A stretch of DNA of 63,998 nt, the filler included, from Licmophora abbreviata (taxonomy: Eukaryota): the NCBI GenBank assembly GCA_900291995.1. It is 14 parts of 14 records of this genome, joined end to end, with 100 filler letters (N's around TTAATTAATTAA, not from the genome) between each part and the next. Parts side by side here need not be neighbours in the genome. Positions count along the whole stretch, not along the records: positions 47,252 to 61,289 come from OLMU01006048.1; 13 more parts are not named here. The stretch is one strand, 5' to 3'. Below the pieces are notes generated by a model. The model saw nothing but the letters and a program-made list of their open reading frames with translations. It was not told the origin of the DNA and did no database searches. Below, in pieces: positions 50,224 to 60,865 of this stretch. A program made the position numbers and the translations under genes. Positions within the stretch are counted from its first letter, which is position 1. Each line of letters starts with the position of its first letter.

Positions 50224-51678
50224 TTATATCGAATCAGAAGCGATCGCCTCTGCTTCGATCGGTCGCAACGACATGTACTTGAAGTTGCACGCATCTTGAC
50301 ATTCCCGCATAGTATCTGGCCCTCGATTCTCATAGGCACATTGCATCAAACACAAGAGTGCGGCATTGGATCGAGACTGGACAAAGAAGCCGCTCCAGTG
50401 CATCCCGTCCCCGCTAAGTGGTCTGTTGACATCCGTCCTTGCACTTCCACAATTTGGAGCCATGTGTTCCGGTGTGACGCCCGCAAGACCACCGCACACC
50501 ATGGCGGCTGACGGATGGAAGATTGTTTCATTGAGTTTGATTCGAAACGATTGCTCTGGAGAGAGCCCCATGAGTCTGCCGTTCTCAATGATGAGTTCGT
50601 TGGTAAATCTTTCCCAGTCCATCAATAGAACGTTCTGTACGCCCTTACCGTTCGATGGAGGCACATAGGATGCAACAAAGGATCGAATAGCGTCATTGTC
50701 TCTATGAAAGTAAGCTTCATTGCCTTCGACATTGTTGTTGAAGGGAATGGTCGGGATAATCACAGTTTTGGTACCGTAAATCTGATAGAGCACCGACAGC
50801 GAGCCATGAATCTGGTTGTACGTAAGACCTTCCGCCGCCTGATAGTCTCGCTCGATTCGAGGTTTGGCAAACATGTGCGGGTGCTGAAAAAGGAATCGAA
50901 AAGGGGCAAACCAGCATAGCATCAGAGAGAGAGAGAGAGGCGAATCTATCCAAAGTAGGATCTCATGCTTGTATGTGTGTGTACGTACCGGTATCCGATA
51001 GACGAGCACGTCAAAGTGAGGCGCCGTGTTGCGTATTTGTTGAATATCGTGCCTCGAAAAGGAACATGCGATTTTAGCCTTGTGGTCACGAGTGTCCTTA
51101 CCGAAACTCGATCGTACCGTCCTTAATCTCGGTTGGCAGTAGACTTTCTGATACGCAATCTGCAGGTCGTCGGAGACTTGCGTTCGCAGTATACTGTGTT
51201 CCTTCAAGTGCAAGACTTCTTCGTTATGTGACCTATGGCGCATGACTTCATCCGTAAAGACCTTTGCTAGATTGTGTCCGACAGAATCACCGACAAATAC
51301 GACCTTGAGTTCAAAGATGGGAACGTAATTGTAAAAGTTGACAGCCTCGACGAGTTTGGAGCGTTTGCTGTCAAGAGCAATTGCCGCAGGTTCAAAAAGT
51401 TCCTCGTAGAATGTCGGATGAAATTCTACGGGTCCCGTAGTAGCGGATGTTCGCTTTTGACGGATTGTTTTCGGGTCATTCAAGCCGGAAGGGGCAGTCG
51501 GGAGGAGCAATCGCCGACGCCACTCGCCCTCAGCATTGGAATCGTTTTCACTAGGAAGAGCGGTCGATACCCCTACCCGCCGCTGGTCTCTTGCACCCCA
51601 GGACCGAATCGACGCGATTGCAGCCAGAAGAGCCGCCGCCAGCACCCAGCATGCCAGAAAAGCCACTCTTCCTTTCAT
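50224..51678 (-). CDS. Type II membrane SGNH/GDS-DxxH family protein, paralog A; in-frame phase-0 intron 50884-50988
   Basis: N-terminal TM, VVFVGDSVG, YRIP|HPH, LLMDWE, LSGDGMHW, C-terminal LLCLMQCAY..CQDACNFKYMSLRPI. Confidence 0.82.
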   Translation of the reverse strand: MKGRVAFLACWVLAAALLAAIASIRSWGARDQRRVGVSTALPSENDSNAEGEWRRRLLLPTAPSGLNDPKTIRQKRTSATTGPVEFHPTFYEELFEPAAIALDSKRSKLVEAVNFYNYVPIFELKVVFVGDSVGHNLAKVFTDEVMRHRSHNEEVLHLKEHSILRTQVSDDLQIAYQKVYCQPRLRTVRSSFGKDTRDHKAKIACSFSRHDIQQIRNTAPHFDVLVYRIPVRTHTYKHEILLWIDSPLSLSLMLCWFAPFRFLFQHPHMFAKPRIERDYQAAEGLTYNQIHGSLSVLYQIYGTKTVIIPTIPFNNNVEGNEAYFHRDNDAIRSFVASYVPPSNGKGVQNVLLMDWERFTNELIIENGRLMGLSPEQSFRIKLNETIFHPSAAMVCGGLAGVTPEHMAPNCGSARTDVNRPLSGDGMHWSGFFVQSRSNAALLCLMQCAYENRGPDTMRECQDACNFKYMSLRPIEAEAIASDSI

Positions 51679-52179
51679 CCTCGCATTTCTGTCAGTCCAA
51701 GAAGCGAGAATCGACGACACAACAGTCTACAAGGGCAAGGAGCGCCGGTCACGGCCGCAATGATGACTCCGATCTACTCGGTATGACTGTGAACTGACTT
51801 TTGCGCGCGCCAAACTGAACATGGAGATGGCGCCAAACTACCAGCGTTTGGAATACAAACATGGAACGTTCGTATACTTTTGATCTTGCCCCCCGAGCGC
51901 TCGGAAATCAACATAGAAAATGTCATTGGAGGTACCCGGATCTTATAGATGAATTCTAACATCATTGCGTGCCTTATCGGTGGAGCGGCAGTGCTACCGG
52001 TATCATGTGTCTCTATGGTAGCGCGGTAGTCTCACTACAGCCTTTTGAGTTATACGTACGCAGAGCTCAGGCTCGTGCTGCACACAACATGGCACATCCA
52101 AACGTGGTCTCGCTCTTATCGCCTCCTATTGTAATTGTAGTGAAAAGAAGTGGCGTTGTGCCATCTTACTATCGTATTA

Positions 52180-53580
52180 CTACTGCACAGGGGCTTGCGA
52201 CTCGGGCCCTATTGGAAGGAGCGACATGTACTTGGCGTTGCACGTATCTTGACAAGATCGCATACCGCTGCCCTGTCCCCAGTTGGAGTAGGCACACTGT
52301 ATCAAACACAATAGTACCGCACTCGACCTTGGACGAACGTACTTGCCGTGGAGATGCATTCCATCGGCACTAATCGGTTCCATTTCCTTGGTCCGATCTG
52401 CAGCACAGACCTTATCCATGTGTTTTGGAGTAAGTCCTGCAAGACCTGGACATACCATTGCCGCGAGGGGCGGCCATTCTCTGTCGAGCTTGACCTGAAA
52501 GGATTGTTCCGGCGAAAGTCCCATGAGTTTGCCGTTCTCCACAATTAATTCACGAGTAAACTTTTCCCATTCCATCAAAAGCACGTTTCGTATTCCTTTT
52601 CCGTTTGCAGGTGGTACAAAGTCTTCCACGTACGAGCGAATCACGTTGTTGTCGCGCATGTAGTATTCGTCGCCACTGAGAGCGACGTTGTTGCTGTACG
52701 GACTTGTCGTTAAAATCACCGTGGTGACACCAAACATTGCGTGGGCGATACTGAGCGATTCACGAATCTGATCTGCGGTAAGTCCTACTGCAGACACATA
52801 GTCTCTTTCAATTCGGATCTCCTCGGGATAAAAGTGCGGCCCTGAAACAGTGTATCAGCGAAAGCATTGACGGGTTGAGGCGGGCTTGTGTATAGTCTAC
52901 AATGCGAAACACGAGACAAGACGATACCAGGTACAGAGACAGGCCAGACTTACAAGGGATCCTGTAGATCAGAACGTCGTAGTTTGGTGTCTTGAGTCTA
53001 TTCCATCTCAGATCTTCCTTGGTGTATTCGCATCCGATACCGAATCGGATCTTGTCGAGTGGGGGCTTTGCTGTCGTCGACAGTCGCGGCATGCAGTATG
53101 TCTTTAGGTAGGCGGAAGTGCGCCCTGACCCATCGATCGCTGCCTGATGCTGGAGCAGGGAGTGTTTCGTCAGGGGAAAGTTTTGTTTCTCCGGTCGAGT
53201 GAAGAGCGACTGAGTAAAGAACTTCCAGAGATGCCCTCCAACCGAGTCCCCAATGAGCAAGACGGAAGGCTAAAGTTCTGAACGCCGACTCCGACATTGA
53301 GGGCGTTGGCCAAGGGCGACTCTTTGGCTTCCAGCAGCGCCGTCATTGTGTCAATTTTGGAATAGGTCGGCATAGTTCCCGCGCGAAACTCTACGGGTCT
53401 CTTTGTCTTTTCCTTGCCTTGAATCGTCTTGGGGTCCGATAAGGCCGTTCGGCGCCGAGTCGCATGATCTTTAGCACTCTTCTCGACTTGCGTTGTCGTG
53501 GATTCCAGTAGCCTGCTGACTGCGAGAGCGGAACAGAGTGTCAGCAGCAGCGCTGTCGTCCGTCGACCTGAGATCATCAT
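52180..53580 (-). CDS. SGNH-like paralog B; frameshift at ~53265; phase-1 intron 52842-52953
   Basis: TM, SDPKTIQGK, VLLIGDSVG, YRIP-W-PH across the intron, ISADGMHL, CQDTCNAKYMSLLPI. Confidence 0.8.
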
Positions 53581-53650
53581 TCTCTGGCCAGCAGTGTCCA
53601 AAGTGCGAGAGGAACGGTAGCAGAGGAGTTATTGATCTTACAGAGACAAC

Positions 53651-53674
53651 AGTCGAGTCGAGTCGAGTCGAGTC
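53651..53674. repeat. (GAGTC)n pentanucleotide microsatellite upstream of SGNH paralog B
   Basis: agtcgagtcgagtcgagtcgagtc, about 70 nt upstream of the ATG. Confidence 0.8.
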
Positions 53675-54019
53675 ATCGTCGGCGACAAGGACATGTCTTT
53701 TGATGACCCGAGGGTGATTTTTGGCGCCAAACTCAATCGCTCGTGATCGGTTTCGTGTACGTACAAATTATGATGTCATCGCCAATATTGGAAGCTCGAA
53801 GCGCTCAGGAGTTTACGAGCGCGCAAAAGCAACCGGATATAGTTTGAACGTTGTTTCGTGGTTCGGATGCAACCTCAAGAGCGATTCCTCTCTACGAATA
53901 GGCTAGAGGGTAGAGATCTCATCTTCTATGTGTGCAGGTTAGGTCTTTGAGAGGTGAGCTAGCTAAACAGTCAATCAAAGAATTCGCATCGGCTCACTTT
54001 TACTCTACTGTAGAAGTAT

Positions 54020-55421
54020 TTACTGAACAGGGATCCACGGGTCTGCATCGATGGGACGAAGCGACATGTACTTGACGTTACATGCATCCTGGCAGTCATG
54101 CAAGCCACTAACTTGGCTCCAGTTCAAGTAAGCACATTCCATGAGACACAGCAGTGCTGCATTCGTCCGTGGTGCAACGTACTTGCCGTTGAAGTGCATG
54201 CCGTCGGCACTGATGGTAGCATCGATCTGCGGTGCACCGCAAGACGAGCCCATGTGCGTTGGAGCTACCCCCGACAGACCGTCACAAACCATTCCAGCGG
54301 AGGGATGGAACCGAGTGGTATTGAGTTTGAGTTGAAAGGACTGTTCCGCCGAAAGTCCCATGAGTCTGCCATTCTCAATGATTAGGTCGCTGGTAAACGT
54401 CTCCCATTCCATCATGAGCACGTTTCTCACGCCGATTCCATCGGGGTGGGGTACAAAGGACTTTACATAAGACCGAATGAACTCGTTATCTCGCTGAAAG
54501 TACTTGACAGTCTCGGGACGCACATTGTTCTGAAACGGAACGGTGGGAATAATTACGGTCGTCACTCCAAACATCCTGTGCAGCACCGACAACGACTCGT
54601 CAATCTGCGCACGAGATAGACCCGTGGCAACGTCGTAGTCGCGTTCAACAAACGGAGGAAGAGCCATGTGAGGCCCTTCAACATGTATAACAAAAATTGT
54701 GATGAATGAGTCCTACAAGGTTGCTTGCTTCATGGCGACAGGTAGACAAAAACTGCAACAATAACTCACATGGAATTCTGTACACTACCGTATCGAAGGC
54801 GACGTCCTCCATCTTTCGAATACGATTGTGGTCATCACGAGTGAATCCACAAGAAATTCCACGTCTCTTGGTGTCAGGTATGGGAGGATCTCCGGGTACT
54901 TTCATTCGCGGCTGACAGTCCACTTTGACCAACCCAACCCGTCGCCTCGCGTTGTCGTCTGATTGTAGCAGGAGCCTACTGCTATCGTCTGGCTTTAGCT
55001 GTATCCTTTGCTCCTGCGGATGATGCATGATACCTTTGCTGAACATTGTATATAGATTCGTAGCCAATGAGTCGCCGACAAACAGTACACGATCTTCAAA
55101 TGTGGAAACGGAGTTGGCAAAGTTGATGGCCTGGAGTAAGCTCGATCGCTTGTCCTCGAGAAGCTTGCCAAGTGAATTTCGTTCCGCGAAATCAGGCATC
55201 AGAATAGACCGAAACTGAATTCTCAATGGTCTTATTCGTTTAGCTTGAGTCGTTTTTGGATCTGCAAAGATCGCCAAGGCACGACGGTGCCCCCGAACCG
55301 GCAAGTCGACGTCGATGGCTCTTGAATCGATGTCGTCCTGTGTCCAGGTCATCAGCGCCGCCAACACGGAAGCTACCACCAATGAGGCGACGACATATGA
55401 TATCCGCTTGCTATCCTGCAT
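54020..55421 (-). CDS. SGNH-like paralog C; phase-1 intron 54676-54769
   Basis: TM, ADPKTTQAK, VLFVGDSLA, YRIP-W-PH across the intron, ISADGMHF, CQDACNVKYMSLRPI. Confidence 0.82.
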
Positions 55422-55706
55422 GGCGAGGGTGCACGAGAGAAGCGACGACAAAGACAAGGCCGAGACCCGCCATGGTCATCGCTTGCAAGCAAAATTGTGA
55501 GCATCAACAAGCAAAAAGTCATCCTCAATCCGTCCTCCGTCTGTCTGGTCACCGTCCGGGCCAGAAGTTGGAACGCATCCCCCGAAAGCACGGCCTAGTA
55601 GTCTATCTATTCTGTAGCCGCACCTACTCCAAATCGACAGCGCTGCTCGATCCTAGAGCTAGCGAGTGTAGCGAGAACACGCGTTCAATGTTTTATATGT
55701 ACACCT

Positions 55707-57005
55707 TTATCCTCGCTGTACAGGAGGTCTGACTTCCTTTTCGATCGGCCTTAGCGACATGTACTTGCCATTGCATTCGTCTTGGCATTTGCGCGTGTTC
55801 GTGCCATCCAGGCGCGAGTACGCGCACCGCATCAAGCACAGCAACCCAGCATTGGTTCGATCTCGAACGTATTTCCCCGTCCAGTGCATCCCGTCGCCGC
55901 TCAGGGGAACATTTATTTTTGACCGTTCGGTGACACAGGTCGGAGCCATGTGAACCGGCGTGGCGCCCAGAGCTGGACACATCATGGCTGCCAGAGAATG
56001 CCACGTATTACTTAGTTTCACCTGGAACGCTTGTTCGGGAGAGAGCCCCATCAGCTTTGCGCTTTCGAGAATAAGATCGTTTGTGAACAACTCCCATTCC
56101 AGCAAAAGAACTTTTTGGATGCCCGTGCCGTCAGAGGATGCTTGGTACGACCCCACAAACGATCGAATCACGTCGTTGTCCCGGTGAAAGTACTCATCGC
56201 TTTCCCAGACATTGTTGTTGTATGGAATGGTAGTTAGAATGACCGTGGTTGTTCCAAAGAGTTGGTAGAGTAGAGAGATTGACTCCTTGATTTGCGCGTA
56301 CGTCAGCCCAACCTCTCGTGTATAGTGTGGCTCCAAGTGTGAGCTAGCAAGTACATGCGGGTGCGGCAGCCTGTACACGAGCACGTCAAACTTGGGCATG
56401 TTCTGTCGCATCTGACTAATAGCCATTCGGGGGAAGCCACACGCGACTCCCATCTTAGTATCTCGCACGGGAGGGTCCGCTGCTGTCACGACCCGTGGTT
56501 GGCAGTAAACTTTGAGGTATGCGACCGAGCTGTTTCCTTTCTCTTGGACGAGAAGCGTACTGTCTTGTTTGAGAGGCACCACTCTGCCTTTCGCTTTCCT
56601 TATCACTTCTGACGAGAGCATACTATACAGATGATAACCAAGTGAATCGCCGACGACAAGCACGTTGAGATCAAACCTTGATGCCGAAAATGCCACGTTG
56701 AGCGATTGGACTAGACTGGATTTTCGTGAGTGTAAAGCCTTGACCAACGGATCTGTCATCATGGCCGAGGGTGGTATAGTCACGGCATGAAATTCAATTG
56801 GACTTGTGTGCTCTTTGATCTTACTTTGAATAGTCTTGGGGTCTGTATACATGACCGGCGCCAGGCGTCGCTGACCGATGGTCAAACTGACTTTCATGCT
56901 CCTGTGCCGACTCCAGAATCCCGCGAGAAGCGATGTTCCCAGCAGCGCAGCAGCTACAAAGTGTGTCCCTGACACCATGGGACGTTTTCGAGAGAATCCA
57001 TTCAT
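55707..57005 (-). CDS. SGNH-like paralog D; intronless
   Basis: TM, TDPKTIQSK, VLVVGDSLG, continuous YRLPHPH, LSGDGMHW, CQDECNGKYMSLRPI. Confidence 0.85.
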   Translation of the reverse strand: MNGFSRKRPMVSGTHFVAAALLGTSLLAGFWSRHRSMKVSLTIGQRRLAPVMYTDPKTIQSKIKEHTSPIEFHAVTIPPSAMMTDPLVKALHSRKSSLVQSLNVAFSASRFDLNVLVVGDSLGYHLYSMLSSEVIRKAKGRVVPLKQDSTLLVQEKGNSSVAYLKVYCQPRVVTAADPPVRDTKMGVACGFPRMAISQMRQNMPKFDVLVYRLPHPHVLASSHLEPHYTREVGLTYAQIKESISLLYQLFGTTTVILTTIPYNNNVWESDEYFHRDNDVIRSFVGSYQASSDGTGIQKVLLLEWELFTNDLILESAKLMGLSPEQAFQVKLSNTWHSLAAMMCPALGATPVHMAPTCVTERSKINVPLSGDGMHWTGKYVRDRTNAGLLCLMRCAYSRLDGTNTRKCQDECNGKYMSLRPIEKEVRPPVQRG

Positions 57006-57426
57006 TCACTTCTTAAGATGGGCACCGATCTTCCACCGCGCTCTTGGATGCGAACAATGACCATCAGAGGAAATGACTTGCGAAACCGAAAAAGTGAGCG
57101 GGGATTCCCAAGTTTGAACTTGCTTCAACTTTCTTCGCCGCGAAACGCCCACAACGTTTTCTTCCAAAGATTCCATAAGCAGAAAATGACCACTGACAAA
57201 CTTGAACTATTCAAAAGTCTTTCTGAACTTTACAGTCATAAGCTCAAAACATCACATAGGCCCAATGCGATTCTGACATCTGGGAGCTGGAGCAGCCTCA
57301 TAATTTCGAAAAAGCAGAACCGGAGTCACAGCGAGGGCCGTTGTCGGCGTTTGGCAAACCAAGACGGACCAAGACCCGATTTTCTTGGTCGTCTGCGCTT
57401 GTAGATAGCTACAGCACATTTCAAAA

Positions 57427-58773
57427 ATGAATCAGCAGCAGCCGCCGAAGTTACCATCGCTGAGGCGACGGAATCAATCCACTGTCCATCAGTTCTCGAA
57501 GGGGACGTCGTCAAATGACTACTTCGCAGGTCACTCACACGAAGACGCAGAGATGAATCAGATGTCTTATCTTCCTAAACAAATGATGAAAGACCTCTCT
57601 CCAGGCCCCAAGAAGCAGAAGGCTGGGAAACGACGCAGCTCAAAAGGAACAAAATCCCGCAAGGACAGACCAGACCGCTCACCTAAGACTGTCTTGGAGC
57701 TCAGCGTTCCTCCGCTCTCGTCACCGGCTGACTCCGAAAACATGATCCCAGGAGAATCCGCAGCCAGCAAAAACGAGGGAAAAGATGAGAACGATCTCAG
57801 CCTAGAGGAAATCCAAAAGATGCTCGTTTCCATGGGATCAAGATTTCGATCACCAAAGGTACGGCAAGGATATTGTATGCAGCTGACGCCAAGCGGCGAC
57901 GTCCTCCTGTGCTCGGCTACAAGTCACGCACGTCAGCTGCCGCGGTTCATGACTCGTACGTCGTTACTAGAAGAACACAACGACGACCTGAACCTTCTGC
58001 TCTTTCCAACTGTTAAGAACGACGCCTCGCAGTCGACTGAGCCTGAAAGCGACACAATGACGCCGGATGTCAAGAAGGACGAAATAAGGACTACCAATGA
58101 CAAGGCAATTCACCGCCAGGCAGACATCTTAACTGCCACAAACGCCAGCTGTAGCAGTCGCTCAGATGCTTCGAACTTCTCTGTGAATGCGGACGAGTAT
58201 CTTCAGCTCACCGACACGGGGGATGTTCGTATATGCCTGTACGTGCCGTGTGACATCTTGTCTCTAGGCATCGCCAGCGAATATTCAGATTGCAATTTCT
58301 CAGAATCGGAACAAGATTTGGATAACAGTTCTCACGAACTCAGTGTGAGATCTACAAGAACAACTCTAACGAGCATTCGAGGTGTCTTCAGCAACCTCAC
58401 GCCTAAGAATACCAAGCCAAAGCTCCGAAAGCCCTCAGCGCCAAAACTAGCGCCTTCCCAAGGAAGGAATCGGGCTGAGAGAAAAGCGAGGAGTCTTTCT
58501 CCCAAGCCAGTATCCCAGAGGACAACGCGACTCGCACCCATGGTACCATCGACTAAGCATCTCAGACCAGCATCTGCACGGTCTCAAGAGAAGATAGAAG
58601 TACCTGCGCCGTCAACGAGTCTATCGCCAATTACCGCAACGTCCTGTTCTCCTTCCATTCGAATGCAAAATGAGCAGAGTGTCCGCGATGCAAATCGGCC
58701 GACAAGAAAGTTGTCACCTCGCAGAAGGAATGCTTCCGAAAGGCATAGAGACGCAAGGTCCGTTGCCGCCTAG
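57427..58773 (+). CDS. Hypothetical, largely disordered Ser/Arg/Lys-rich protein
   Basis: 448-aa ATG ORF; two copies of a short motif (MQLTPSGDVLLC / LQLTDTGDVRIC). Confidence 0.7.
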   Translation: MNQQQPPKLPSLRRRNQSTVHQFSKGTSSNDYFAGHSHEDAEMNQMSYLPKQMMKDLSPGPKKQKAGKRRSSKGTKSRKDRPDRSPKTVLELSVPPLSSPADSENMIPGESAASKNEGKDENDLSLEEIQKMLVSMGSRFRSPKVRQGYCMQLTPSGDVLLCSATSHARQLPRFMTRTSLLEEHNDDLNLLLFPTVKNDASQSTEPESDTMTPDVKKDEIRTTNDKAIHRQADILTATNASCSSRSDASNFSVNADEYLQLTDTGDVRICLYVPCDILSLGIASEYSDCNFSESEQDLDNSSHELSVRSTRTTLTSIRGVFSNLTPKNTKPKLRKPSAPKLAPSQGRNRAERKARSLSPKPVSQRTTRLAPMVPSTKHLRPASARSQEKIEVPAPSTSLSPITATSCSPSIRMQNEQSVRDANRPTRKLSPRRRNASERHRDARSVAA

Positions 58774-58916
58774 TAGAGCGCGATAATTCTAGGGACAAAC
58801 TTCATTGTAGATGGCGCTAGGCTACGCACAGGTTCGACCCATTTCAGCAATAATGGATCAACAACAGTCTTACACACATAATGTCTCATTTTGTCCATTA
58901 CGACGAGTATATACTC

Positions 58917-60357
58917 TTATCGTCTGACCATCTCCCACGTAACACCCAAACCGAATATCTCGTTATCCTCCTGATACAAGATGCGAATACCCTCGCCACC
59001 GACGTATCGTAGGTTTCCCGTCGATTCACCCTCGAGGAGCGGATCGGTGGTTCGGTCTGCAGCGCCCCTTTCACCAATGAGCTTTTCCTTGGCGAATGTC
59101 ATGACAGCTGCAACACCCCCGTCACTGAGTCGTCGTCGCTTCTTGTCATCCTCGGCACTAAGACCTCGATTCAAGTGTCCTGGACAAGGCTTGGTTCCAC
59201 CGCTGCAGAATGCGCAACACTCGCCCAGATCCTGGCGCGAAAAGGGGTCAGCCTCGTCGAAGTCGACGACGTAGCCAAGGTCATGAAGGGCACCTGCGGT
59301 GATTCGAGAGATTGGCATGGGTCTGCCTTCGGCAAATCCCGTCATCATTTCGTCCTGTAAACAGTCTGCCAAAACAAATCACGATTGAGCAGATAGGCAA
59401 AGTACAGGTCAAATCTAGTGTCTCAGGAGACGGAAAAGGACAGTCCTACAAGGCCCAAATCATTCACTCACCTTCATCCCAATGACCAAATCGGGTTCCA
59501 GGACCAAAGTCAGTCTCGATAGGCGGCGTACCGGGACATCCCATTGCCCTCCACTCCTGACTAGCTTTGGTCTGATACGCTCCGACGTTGTCACTGTAAA
59601 CGTCCTCGTCCAAGAGGCCATTGACGTCCCACAGAATCCCCATTCCAAGTATATGCGCGGTTTCATGCAAGACAATGCCTTCAAAGACACGGTTTCTCAA
59701 GAGCCGCGGAATGTCAAACGCATCGTATCGCATCTCGCCTACGACAGGCTGAACGACCTGCCGCCCATCAACGGTCTCTCGATCCGCGACGACAGTGATA
59801 TAGGCATAGCCCAGCACCCCTCTCTCTCCGTCCATCTCTTCGTCCTTGGCACAAATATACAGATCGTCAATTGCTTGTGGATAGCCAGAACAGCTCGAGC
59901 CAGCAATCTGTTGCAGCTCTGCCGCGTCAGCGTATGGGATACCTCCGTCGAACGCGAGGTCTCCTACAATCACACGTTCCCAAGTAGCAGCAGCTGGTCC
60001 GAACATGTCCATCCAGTCTTGATACCCATCAGACGTGTCCGAGAGCAAGTCGAAACACACGTTGAATTTGTTCGGATCCACTCTGTCGCACCCCGGTTGT
60101 AGACCGACTGCTGCGACCTGAGACGCTAGGGGTGGTCTCTTGTCGGGTAGATTCCCTCGACCTCCCGTGCTTCCCGCACCACCCCGGTTTCCACCATTGC
60201 GTTCCCTGCCATCCCTGCCTACCAAAGATCGGTTTTCAAAGGATGGAATAGAGTCGTCCTGCTGAGCACCTCTGCGGACGGCATTGGCGTGTACTTCTTG
60301 ATGGGGGGCAACCGACCCGTAAAAGCCGGCCACGGCGAGCGAAGTTTTGAATTTCAT
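58917..60357 (-). CDS. Secreted zinc metalloprotease, leishmanolysin (M8)-like; intron ~59368-59470
   Basis: Signal-like N-terminus MKFKTSLAVAG; VLHETAHILGMG (HExxH); PPIETDFGPGTRFGHWDE|DCLQDEMMTGF; ISRITAGALHDLGY. Confidence 0.88.
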
Positions 60358-60865
60358 AGTGTTACACAGAGCAAAAGAGAGAGGCAAGGCAGGGTGGCAT
60401 GATCTACCAACAAGCGATGCGGTCGACTCGACTCTACTGTAGATGAAGAACTGTCTGTACGATACGATATCAGGAACCAGTTACCGGTATCGTACCAAGT
60501 CTAACATTGACTATGATATCGTACAAGTATGATACTGGCAACAAGGTGTCATAGACTAGGGAAACGCTGTGCTGGTTTGAAATACATACCACAGCCGCGT
60601 CGCCTGTCGACCCGTCGATCGTGCAAAGCTTCCTGTGTGTCCTTATGTGTTCCAAATTTCTGAGGGTCGGCTGGCGTGCTCATCGAGACACTCCGACCGG
60701 TGCATTTCTTTCCTCCGCGACGAGGTTGATACTGTTGCGCGATGTCTAGCACTGGCGACAGACAGACTGGCGCGCCAAAATACCGGGAACACAATGACTG
60801 ACTCGCAGTCTTCAGTCTTTGCGAAAACCAGAAAGACTGTTTCACCTTGCGCACAAACTTTGACC

